Made by a program: the position numbers and the translations under genes | Source of the DNA: Octopus bimaculoides | Lineage: Eukaryota | Assembly: GCF_001194135.2 (NCBI RefSeq) | Contig: NC_068981.1 | Coordinates: forward strand, 135,981,064 to 136,026,010 | Direction of reading: 5' to 3' | DNA: 44,947 bases | The notes under the pieces: model-generated | What the model was told of the DNA's origin: nothing | Seen by the model: only the letters and a program-made list of their open reading frames with translations | The model's database searches: none | In this document: positions 11,621 through 21,673 of the stretch, piece by piece | Layout: each line of letters starts with the position of its first letter | Numbering within the stretch: position 1 is the stretch's first letter

Positions 11621-11971
11621 ACATGGTGACATATACACACCACACACACAGAGACCACTTTTTCTATGATTTTAAATGACCTTTTAACGTATTGCTAGCT
11701 GCTGGTCACTAATTGATTAGATCCAATTCGTATGTTTTCTTTATATATCTGTATTCTGCATTTCAGGTGCAATTCATCCCAATTCTCGTTTTCGATTTTT
11801 ATTTATTTCTGCTAGCTTCGGAGATATCATTTGCTATGTTTGCAAGCTATATCTGGACTATATAACCCATGTGGTAAGAATAAAAAGACGCCATAGATAA
11901 GGATTTAGGAGAATAAATGAATACATGTAATCGCATACATATGCATGCACGCACGCACAGACACACAGACA

Positions 11972-12006
<35 letters not shown>

Positions 12007-13061
12007 GCACATACACAAGCACACACACAAGCACACACACAAGCACACACACATACACACATACATATATTTATAAAGCACGTACACTTTTATATAGCCA
12101 TGGGGATTTACATCCGTATATATGACTTAAAGAGTGGGGAAGAAATATATGCACTTGTGTATTGTATCACGGATATCTGTAGATAAGCTATTTACTCTGA
12201 ATTCATCGAAAGAAGTACCGAATTTATCACGTGTATTTTGGTAAAATGTGGCATGCTTTCGGTATACATATTCCAATGATCACTGAATCTTTCACTTACA
12301 CACAGAGTTGTCTCTGCTATATAAGTTTTAGAGAGTTTTGCGTATAATCCTTATTGGCATCGCGTACGGTATAGTATATACTTTACTTTGCAGTTGATAT
12401 ATAAATTTGTGTCACTTATCTCATGATGTTTCTTACCAGTAGTACGACAACCATTCCCTTGATCTGATATATGTTTTTGCTTTTCTACGTCCTCAATATT
12501 GAGATTAAACTTTCAAAACATTTTCTTAAGCTAATTTACTGTTGGGCGCACTATCAGCAAACGTTATGGTATAAAACTCACTGTTAACATACTCGTCTTA
12601 CTTATTTTATCATCGATAAAGTCTTTTTTTAATATTTATTGTGATACAGAGGGCATATTTCATATGCGTAGGTTTTTTAGAATATTTTATCTCTTTTATA
12701 CTATCTCAGCAAATCCTTTTGTGTACAAGATAAATACATTCAAAGGATAAAGTACTGAATGTGTTTTCGCCATTCATGAGTTTGGCACATTTGACATATT
12801 CAACGTTATTCTTACGAAGAATGTATCACACACACACACACGCGCGCGCACATACATAAATACATACATACTCGTGCGCGCGCGCACATGCATATTTAAA
12901 GCATAAGTAGTAATGAATACATGGAAGCATCCATAAAGACTTGCGACGTAGTAAACAAGTGGACAAACTTATAGACAGATTGCCAAATACAACGACATAA
13001 TTAAAATCGAAGATGTACGGTGGCTGTCAACAGAAAGATCAAAAGAATACTCCTACCTCAC

Positions 13062-13135
13062 ATATTTCCCATCTCATCAGTCGCCATAGAAACCACTTCC
13101 AGCTGTTTTAATGGTCGAGAAGTATTGATTATTTT
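13062..13135 (-). CDS. Candidate internal exon of an unidentified gene
   Basis: Acceptor ttattcttcag|, donor AT|gtgagg. Phase 0->2 frame is open (KIINTSRPLKQLEVVSMATDEMGN). No family recognised. Confidence 0.2.
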
Positions 13136-13354
13136 CTGAAGAATAACTTTGACAGCAATGCTGTAAAGTGTAATATTTGTCAATGGTTTATGATCTTCAG
13201 GAAAATTACAAGACTTAATAGAACGACGAAAATATTGGTATTCACGTAATGTTGTCCGTAACGTCGGTTTTTTTTTTCTTTTTTTCTTCTTCTTTTTACT
13301 GCCTCCAAGGTACGATATTGTCTGGCGTTTGCTTTTTATATCATTCTGGATGCT

Positions 13355-13427
13355 AATAATAATAATAATAATAATAATGATAATAAGAACCATGACATGA
13401 CGATGATGATAAAGTTGATGATGATAA

Positions 13428-13463
<36 letters not shown>

Positions 13464-13510
13464 TGATGATGATGATGATGATGACGATGATAATGATGAT
13501 GATGATGATT
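13355..13510. repeat. Compound (AAT)n/(GAT)n/(GAC)n trinucleotide repeat, probably a LINE 3' tail
   Basis: Tandem repeats directly abutting the 3' end of the minus-strand Tx1/L1-like fragment. Confidence 0.9.
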
Positions 13511-14060
13511 TCTTTTATTTGTTATAGGCGCATCTGATGAAGGAGATATTACAAGAACAAGTTATAATTTGTATGTATGTGTGTGTGTGTACGGGGTTGT
13601 TACTTACAAAGCACGAGGGAATAGGATCAGAAAAGGAGTGACGGAATTAAATACTATATACGTAGTATACAGAATATGTGAACACGTGGATGATGCAGTC
13701 GTCCTAATACAGGGGAGCGTCTAAAAAGGGCCAATCAAAGAACCCTGCAGATCCAGAATTGCTTCCACCACCAACGGCACCAATCCTCGCCCACTTGTCG
13801 TTCCCCGATCTAAATGCACATGCTTAGTGTAGTTTCATCCTAAGCATTTTTGCGGGAGTCACTCACCTTTTGACACATTCACTGGAAGAGAGCATTTCCC
13901 TTACCACATTCACTTTCTTTTTCAAGTGGAACTTGAAAAGAGGCTTGACTAAAAAGGAACGTATCTGTTCTAAACCCTTTCAGCCTCATCCTACATGCAA
14001 CCGCTTTTGCCCATAGTCATCAGATAGAGGAACACTGGGTGTGCTACATGGTGAAAGGAG
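13510..14060 (-). mobile_element. Tx1/L1-like LINE 3' fragment, decayed
   Basis: Minus strand reads AVACRMRLKGFRTDTFLFSQASFQVPLEK and is DNA-homologous to 29192-29696. It ends in aaataaaagaa followed by (ATC)n. Confidence 0.55.
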
Positions 14061-14174
14061 GCGATTGAGTGATCCTGACGATAAACAGATTGGAGCTTCA
14101 CGCGATTAGATGAAGAAAAATTAATAAAATTGTTCTTCGTCTTCACAGGAAAGAAGAAAAGTTAATATAAAGGA

Positions 14175-14325
14175 GACTTAACCAAATTTTGGCACAAGGC
14201 CAGCAAGTTCGCGGGTAGGCGACAGATACCTATTTCATCGATCCAGAAACAATGAAAGGCAAGGTCCAACTCGGTGGAAAATGAACTCAGAACATAAAGA
14301 ACAGGACAAAATGTCGCCAATAATT
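14175..14325 (-). mobile_element. SINE family A, diverged
   Basis: atgaaaggcaaggtccaactcggtggaaaatgaactcagaacat is the reverse complement of the family A body. Confidence 0.7.
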
Positions 14326-15094
14326 GAACATTTTATTCTCTAGAAAATCTAGCAGACACCGTCATTACTTTAATTTCAGTTGCGAGTTTACCAATTTGCT
14401 TTTTATTCTAAGTATATTCTCAGCTAACAATTATTATGTTTTCAAATTTTGTTTAGAATTAAACGAGTCAATCGAAACTTGGCTACTGTGTTGTTAAAAA
14501 TACCAAATGGTAGATATAATTACTGTTTTACCAAAATATACTCCGTTACAGCAACTATTTCGCATTGTTCTATATTTGACATCATTTCGACATTGTTGAT
14601 GTTGATAGCGATCATAGGTCGATATTGTAGATGTTTTTTTACTTACTACTCTGATAAGTTTGAATATTCTAACAATAAATATAGCGAAATATTGATCGCT
14701 AATCAATTATATAAAGTGTCAAAAAATGGTTTCCTCTCTCGGTTATCATGCAGTGACCTATATACAAAGAATACGAGGTGCGACAAACAAAACAAAACCC
14801 ACGTAAATTCTGCTTCCATTTTATCGTTGTGTCAACGAGGTAAGAGAAAGATATATAAATCACACACAATAGATTGTGTTCTGAAATGAACTGTATTCTT
14901 CTGTTCTGTATTTTATTCTCTTATTCTTTTAATCTTTTATTGGTTTCGGGTATTTGATGGGCAAATGGACGACAGTTCTTATTTCAGTTTCACACTCATC
15001 TCTATTGCTCTTTATTTATCGAATGGCAAAGTTACCTTCTGAGGATGAAGACGCAACTCGGCAAATCGTTTTACACTGGTATACATAAACAACC

Positions 15095-15134
<40 letters not shown>

Positions 15135-15235
15135 AAATAATAAAACGACAAAAAATTCTTGAACACATCTTATTAAAGATGAGTTAAAGATTGTTTATAG
15201 AACTTCTTTGTTTTATTATTTGGATTATAATTTAC

Positions 15236-15359
15236 TCTTCGTCAAACCCACACAACGGTGTCACCGTCGTGAAACCAGGATTTTGTACACTTCCCAAATT
15301 TCGGCATTGGTCTGCAACCCAACTGTGTTGATATCCCAGAACTCGGGTTGAGTACTTCT
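15236..15359 (-). CDS. Candidate internal exon of an unidentified gene
   Basis: Acceptor tatttccag|, donor GA|gtaaat. Phase 1->2 frame is open (KYSTRVLGYQHSWVADQCRNLGSVQNPGFTTVTPLCGFDE). It could instead be an LTR-element remnant. Confidence 0.2.
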
Positions 15360-15398
15360 CTGGAAATACCCTACTTTTACACGTTACCAGAGCCTTAG

Positions 15399-15431
<33 letters not shown>

Positions 15432-15800
15432 TGTATGTATGTATAGATCGTAATGAAAGAGTTGTAAAATATATTTAAAATATCCGTTATATGCAACTGA
15501 AGGAATATGAGATTAAAATAGCTATTAATATGTCATACTCAATGCAAGTACCCCACAATGTATTTACATTAAGTATGATACAAAATGGCTATTAACATTA
15601 TATTTTATGTAGTTCAGATATTATCTCTTAGAGCTGAATGCGCAGAAGAGAATGGATAGATATGCCTATTATATCAAAAGTTCACTGTCTGCCCTGAGTT
15701 TCGCTCTGGGTAGGGCTGTTCATGACTTTGTCTGATTAGATAGTCAACAACATAAAAAAAACATGTATACGTACATACGTACATACATAAATTCATACAT

Positions 15801-15833
<33 letters not shown>

Positions 15834-15836
15834 AAA

Positions 15837-16068
15837 GGCGGCGAGCTGGCAGAAACGTTAGCACGCCGGGCGAAATGCTTGGCGGTATTTCGTCTGCCGC
15901 TACGTTCTGAGTTCAAATTCCGCCGAGGTCGACTTTGCCTTTCATCCTTTCGGGGTCGATTAAATAAGTACCAGTTACGCACTGGGCTCGATATAATCGA
16001 CTTAATCCGTTTGTCTGTCTTTGTTTGTCCCCTATGTGTGAAGCCCTTTGTGGGTAGTAAAGAAATAA
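15837..16068 (+). mobile_element. Full-length tRNA-derived SINE (family A)
   Basis: ggcggcgagctggcagaaacgttagc (A-box-like), gagttcaaattcc (B-box), central gaggtcgactttgcctttcatcctttcggggtcgat domain, A-rich end gtaaagaaataa. Confidence 0.9.
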
Positions 16069-16249
16069 CACACATACATACATACATACATACACATACA
16101 TACACACACAGCCACTCCCATCCGTTCACACAAATTTCACTACAATTGCTGACTTGAGATTGATCTCTCAAAGCGACATATACCCTAACACTAACATACA
16201 CGAAGACAGATATTACCACAAACATACACGCGCGCGCGCGCGCACTGAC

Positions 16250-16510
16250 AAACACACACAGAAGACACACAAAGACACACACATACCATTTTCACACTCA
16301 ACAGTCCCAGAAACTACTTTCTCTTTCTCCTTCCACTTCCCGTCACTTCAGAACTTTCCTCTTTCCGACGAAAAGCTATGCTCGAAACGTTAACAACCAT
16401 CTCCTATCGCCGAGCAGGAAATTAATATATTGCTTGTGCATGTCTTCACGTTCGGCTTTTTTTCTTTTCTTTCTTTTCTTCTTTTTAATTTGTTTGTTCT
16501 TGAATTAACC
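16250..16510 (+). mobile_element. Penelope-like pLTR remnant with decayed hammerhead (16361-16394)
   Basis: CTTT CCGACGA AAAGC TAT GCTC GAAAC GTT; downstream ccgagc...aatat is shared with the 10730-10870 and 19500-19690 copies. Confidence 0.5.
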
Positions 16511-16512
16511 TC

Positions 16513-16547
<35 letters not shown>

Positions 16548-17066
16548 NNNNNNNNNNNNNNNNNNNNNNNNNNNNNNNNNNNNNNNNNNNNNNNNNNNNN
16601 NNNNNNNNNNNNNNNNNNNNNNNNNNNNNNNNNNNNNNNNNNNNNNNNNNNNNNNNNNNNNNNNNNNNNNNNNNNNNNNNNNNNNNNNNNNNNNNNNNNN
16701 NNNNNNNNNNNNNNNNNNNNNNNNNNNNNNNNNNNNNNNNNNNNNNNNNNNNNNNNNNNNNNNNNNNNNNNNNNNNNNNNNNNNNNNNNNNNNNNNNNNN
16801 NNNNNNNNNNNNNNNNNNNNNNNNNNNNNNNNNNNNNNNNNNNNNNNNNNNNNNNNNNNNNNNNNNNNNNNNNNNNNNNNNNNNNNNNNNNNNNNNNNNN
16901 NNNNNNNNNNNNNNNNNNNNNNNNNNNNNNNNNNNNNNNNNNNNNNNNNNNNNNNNNNNNNNNNNNNNNNNNNNNNNNNNNNNNNNNNNNNNNNNNNNNN
17001 NNNNNNNNNNNNNNAAAAAAACAAGACGAAACAAAACCCCACAGTTTATATGTATGTATGTATGTA

Positions 17067-17256
17067 TGTCATTATTCAATTTATTTCAAGATTTCTTGCC
17101 AATAGAGAAAGAACCGGTTTCTAACCTAGATCCAAGGGTCCTTCATTGGAATTTCAGCATCAACACAGGGTATTATTGTATGTATGTATGTATGTATGTA
17201 TGTGGAGTTTTGTATGTTTTATGTATGTATTCTCATGCATATAGTTGCATCTAGAC
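17067..17256 (-). mobile_element. Third family D 3' UTR copy with (TACA)n tail
   Basis: Nearly identical to 3011-3250. Its 5' side is joined directly to a Gypsy fragment. Confidence 0.75.
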
Positions 17257-17271
17257 ATGAAAATTTGATAA

Positions 17272-17556
17272 AGAACTGAAAGGGTGGTAATACCTGAAGT
17301 ACTGCTAAACAGAATATTGAAAGAATTCCATGTAGGACATCTGAAGATTGCCCGGATGAAAAGCCTCATGAGGAGTTACGTGTATTGGCCGAATATAGAC
17401 AAGCAAATTGAGAGACTGGTAAAACAATGTAGGCAATGCGACATGGCAGCAAAGGCGCCCCCAGTGCAGATACAGCCGTGGCCAAAAACGGATTCAGCAT
17501 GGTCTAGACTGCCTGCGGATTTCGCAGGACCAATAAATGGCTCTTATTATATCATC
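17272..17556 (+). mobile_element. Gypsy/Ty3 LTR-retrotransposon integrase fragment (H2C2 zinc finger plus start of the rve core)
   Basis: ERVVIPEVLLNRILKEFHVGHLKIARMKSLMRSYVYWPNIDKQIERLVKQCRQC...PWPKTDSAWSRLPADFAGPINGSYYII. No LTRs or other pol domains are present. Confidence 0.9.
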
Positions 17557-17931
17557 GAGTGGCCATTTCACCTTCATCTTTTATATAATTTCACCTTTCA
17601 TCTCTTTCATATTTTTGTCCCCACCTGTATTGTTCTGTCTGTCCTTCTGTCGTTCACTTTGTGTTTCGGACATTTGTGCCTAATGAAGAATTAGTTGTGT
17701 AAAGCCGAGAGTTGCGTATTATCGAGGTTTATTACCAGTATCTTGAGTAGAATGATTTGCAAGGACATTATTATTATCCCGTTATATCGTACATCGAACG
17801 AACGATACAACACTTATATATATACATAACGGTCATTCTAATAGCTCTTATGTTTGTCTTAATAACAGTCAAGTTCATAGTAATTTCCCTTTTTTTAACG
17901 GTCATTTTCATAGCATTTTTTTTTTGTCTTC

Positions 17932-17989
17932 ATAACTGATGAGATGCCGGAGCAGTTTTCCGCCCGACATCCGAAACTCAGAGTTTTAT
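17932..17989 (+). ncRNA. Type-I hammerhead ribozyme with canonical core
   Basis: AUAA CUGAUGA GAUG-(21 nt)-CAUC C GAAAC UCAGA GUU^UUAU: 4-bp stem I, GAUG/CAUC stem II, near-palindromic ACUC-A-GAGU stem III. Confidence 0.7.
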
Positions 17990-18429
17990 TATAGCAACCG
18001 AATAATTGTCACGTATTATTTTACAGATCTCTCTCNNNNNNNNNNNNNNNNNNNNNNNNNNNNNNNNNNNNNNNNNNNNNNNNNNNNNNNNNNNNNNNNN
18101 NNNNNNNNNNNNNNNNNNNNNNNNNNNNNNNNNNNNNNNNNNNNNNNNNNNNNNNNNNNNNNNNNNNNNNNNNNNNNNNNNNNNNNNNNNNNNNNNNNNN
18201 NNNNNNNNNNNNNNNNNNNNNNNNNNNNNNNNNNNNNNNNNNNNNNNNNNNNNNNNNNNNNNNNGGAACACACTCGCTTCAAGCGCTATGTAATGTGATT
18301 GAACTTGAGAGTAAATGGATGGAAGCAACCTTCATTACCACAATGTACTTCCACCAATATTTATTACCATTTCTTTCTGGTGCTGGTGCTTATTTTTTTA
18401 TGTATATATATTTCTTCCCTGTTGCCTAC

Positions 18430-18501
18430 TTTTGTGATATGGAATCAGAGAAAGACGTTTGCTTAAAGCCGTTAGCTGACATTTCACATTTGCAATGCTG
18501 T
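18430..18501 (-). CDS. Candidate start-codon exon (ATG at 18482) of an unidentified gene
   Basis: Acceptor catttgttgaaag|, donor AA|gtaggc. Encodes MSANGFKQTSFSDSISQ(K/N). Lies 470 nt downstream of the candidate first exon. Confidence 0.15.
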
Positions 18502-18969
18502 CTTTCAACAAATGATTAAAATATAACCAAATTCTGTTTTCAGCGTGTGGTGTTTAAATGTAGCATGTCAAGTATTAACTACATTATTTGTGGGAATTTA
18601 GCTCAAACAGAAACAGAACATAAAACGTAGTCTTATAAACAATTGATAACGACTGAACTAGTATTAAAACCAATACGAAAACGGCGAAATGACGTGACCT
18701 AGCTGTTCTGACGGCCGTTGCAGACAGTTCTCGTCTGTTAATGATATCAATTCAAGTGCTTTTTTGCACCAAAAATTGAAGATATAGAATCTTATATGTA
18801 GTGATTCTAATACATTTATATCTGACCTGTAACCAAGACTCTAAACAACCGTCTCGGTGAATCTAAAATGACAGTAAAATGTATAAAATACAAGTCTTAA
18901 TATCTATTAATATGCGCGTTGCTTTTATTACTTTTTGAACACAATTTTTGTTCAAACACCACAGCTTAC

Positions 18970-19050
18970 TCCCGACGACTTTCTTTCACGACGGTCACTT
19001 CTAACGGTCTCCGCTTTACTCTTAGATGTACTTCCTGTTATTTCCGCCCA
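18970..19050 (-). promoter_or_regulatory. Candidate core promoter and non-coding first exon
   Basis: Two adjacent ETS-like sites on the minus strand (GGCGGAAAT 19048-19040, CAGGAAGT 19037-19030). A locally CpG-richer stretch follows and ends in a consensus donor GGA|GTAAGC (18970/18969). Confidence 0.3.
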
Positions 19051-19418
19051 ACAGTCTGCTGGTTATGATTTTAAAGAAGTTGAGGAAATATACTTCACAT
19101 AAACCAAGGACAAAAAATAAAATTTTCACATTTCACCGTTCTATGAATGTTGACTTTTATTTAAAATGTTAAAATAGTTATTAAAATAAATCTAAATGTT
19201 TTAGATACTTCAGTATGTATTTCAATCTTATAAATATTTAAAGTTATTCTACAATGTATTTCGTTTTACTTTCATACCTCATTATTTCATAAGATTCGAG
19301 GTTTCAAAGTATTTCTAGGCATACAAAACAGATAGTGTAAATGTGCATGTCTGTTCTTATACATACGTGCTTACGCGTGTGCGCGAAAATATACACCCAC
19401 ACATGCATATATATATGA

Positions 19419-19449
<31 letters not shown>

Positions 19450-19453
19450 TGTT

Positions 19454-19502
<49 letters not shown>

Positions 19503-19592
19503 CTGAAATTTATAAAAAATCAAAAGACGATGATAGATGTATAAACAATAAGCAAGTGTTATTAGTTTGATGCTCGGGAAAAATAAAAAGAG

Positions 19593-19630
19593 TCTTTTAC
19601 GTTTCGAGCCTACGCACTTCAACAGAAAGG
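19593..19630 (-). ncRNA. Minimal hammerhead motif, A6U variant, second copy
   Basis: Minus strand reads CCUUU CUGUUGA A GUGC-GUAG-GCUC GAAAC GUA AAAGA, with one stem II mismatch. Confidence 0.5.
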
Positions 19631-19839
19631 AATGGGAGAGGTGCTGAAAGTTTGAGAAGTGGTTCAGAATAGGAAGTTCAGTCAGGATCAAATATATATA
19701 TATATAATATAATATAATATAATATAAAACTTTTATCTGGACTCAGAAAGCTGATGCCATAGGTTTCATATTACATGCGTAAATATGTATGTGTGTGTGT
19801 GTGTGTGTGTGTATTGCATAAGCTAACCAAAATACAACC

Positions 19840-20045
19840 TAGGCGGAGACTTGCTATGAATAGCAGTTAAATCTCTCTCAAGTCACAAACTGTTGTTTTA
19901 GATAGAGACAATATACCTTGGATAATAAGGCTCGCCATACACTTTGTCAAAATAAAATGGTTGGTCATGGCTAGAACGTCTTTGATCTTAGCTCTACTGA
20001 ATCAGGGCTCCCATGGGTGTTAAACAACTACAAGAACAACACCTG
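19840..20045 (+). repeat. Family F repeat copy
   Basis: Similar to 1000-1220 and ends in aacaactacaagaacaac. Confidence 0.45.
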
Positions 20046-20356
20046 GCACTACTTATACAGTCATTGAGGAGAGAAGAAACTGGTAATTGAATATATATTA
20101 AAGAAAATACAGACAGTAAGGAGGTTGTTAAAAAGCAAATGTAAAACAAAACGAAATTAAGCTCTTTTCGTGAAGCTCTAGCAAGATTGTTTTCAAGGCA
20201 GGCTGCATTTGGAAAATTAGGTTACCTGAAATAAATAGCTTTCTCTTTACTGGAAATTTCAAACAGTTCTTAAAGAATGAAGATCAAAAAGACTCTTTAC
20301 TACAAACAATACATGTTTGTGAAGTGAAACCAAGCAATAAAAATAAGACTACTGTA

Positions 20357-20416
<60 letters not shown>

Positions 20417-20570
20417 TAGAAATGCTGGTAGAACTCTTCGCTGCTTCTCTTGTTTATTGACAACTAAATGCGTGTAACTAAATATATGTAGTGAGTAATA
20501 TGACATATTTTTACTGGAACCTTGGAACCTGTAAACGTAGCTTATTAATTGCTCTATAATATTAATATAA

Positions 20571-20614
<44 letters not shown>

Positions 20615-20808
20615 AAATGTTGCTTCACTTTATAATGTAAAACATTACGCATTCCTTAATTTGGGATTTCATGTATTGAAGAAAGTGCGTTTTGAAGTGG
20701 AACTACCCAACCATTCAAAGTCAAAGAAAAACCCACACTATTCTTCAACATATTAATAGCGCGACAGATTGTAGTGGGAAGACAGCATGACTAATAAAGA
20801 GAGAGTGT

Positions 20809-20854
<46 letters not shown>

Positions 20855-20989
20855 NNNNNNNNNNNNNNNNNNNNNNNGAGAGAGAGAGAGAGAGAGAGAG
20901 AGAGTAACTAAATAAATAGATAAAACAGACGATGAATATTCAAGTATAAATATATAGATGTTTATATATTAACAGAGCAAACTTACACA

Positions 20990-21250
20990 AAGAATTAAAT
21001 ATTTAAAGAGATAAAAATTTGACCGTCAGATTTTTATCTCTCCACCCTGAAGACGGAGGCCGGATCTATCCAATGTTTATTTGCCTCCATTACTAGTTGC
21101 ATATTATTTGCATATTATGGGTAACTACATCTACCAACATTATAAAGTAACTCCGTGCTCCACAAACAGCTGTCCGATTTGTAGCACCATAATTTCTCTC
21201 CTTTCAATTTCTATGTTTTTGTAGACTGTGTAAGTTTGTAGACTGTGTAA
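20990..21250 (+). mobile_element. Penelope-like pLTR remnant with decayed long-stem-II hammerhead
   Basis: CTGAAGA CGGAGGC (21047) ... CTCCG..CTCCAC AAAC AGCT GTC. Internal GGAGGC/GCCTCC hairpin. Confidence 0.45.
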
Positions 21251-21274
21251 TATGTATATATTATATTATATATA

Positions 21275-21585
21275 TATATGTTTAAAAATGTAGAGACTCT
21301 CAACACGACCGATCTTTATTCTATTTATTTAATTATTTACCATTCGATGTCAACATTTCTGTGCACAACTCTATCCAGCGACTGATCCGTTGGATGTCTA
21401 ACGTTTGGCACTTCCTCAGGAATGGCTTCCATCAGAACAAATTACGAAAAAAACACAGTCAGACATCCAACGGATCAATCGCTGGATAGAGTTGGGCACA
21501 GAAATGTTGACATCGAATGGTAAATAATTAAATAAATGGAATAAAGATCGGTCGTGTTGAGAGTCTCTACATTTTTAAACATATA
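21275..21585. repeat. Fold-back palindrome 3 (125-bp arms, 61-bp spacer)
   Basis: 21275-21399 is the reverse complement of 21461-21585 with about 3 mismatches. Confidence 0.95.
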
Positions 21586-21626
21586 AATTTGANNNNNNNN
21601 NNTATCATATTATATATATCATATTT

Positions 21627-21663
<37 letters not shown>

Positions 21664-21673
<10 letters not shown>

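Noticed and set aside
13060-13085. Minus-strand CUGAUGA-GAUGG-GAAAU
   Set aside because: No stem II or stem I pairing.
13530-13565. CTGATGAAGG motif
   Set aside because: There is no GAAA or stem II partner, and it is the antisense of a LINE 3' UTR.
15255-15320. Kunitz-like C-x8-C (GCRPMPKFGKCTKSWFHD, minus) and WAP-like KPGFC (plus)
   Set aside because: The remaining conserved cysteines are absent, and both frames stop shortly after.
15837-16068. tRNA gene-like A/B boxes in SINE heads
   Set aside because: No cloverleaf or acceptor stem. These are tRNA-derived SINEs, not tRNA genes.
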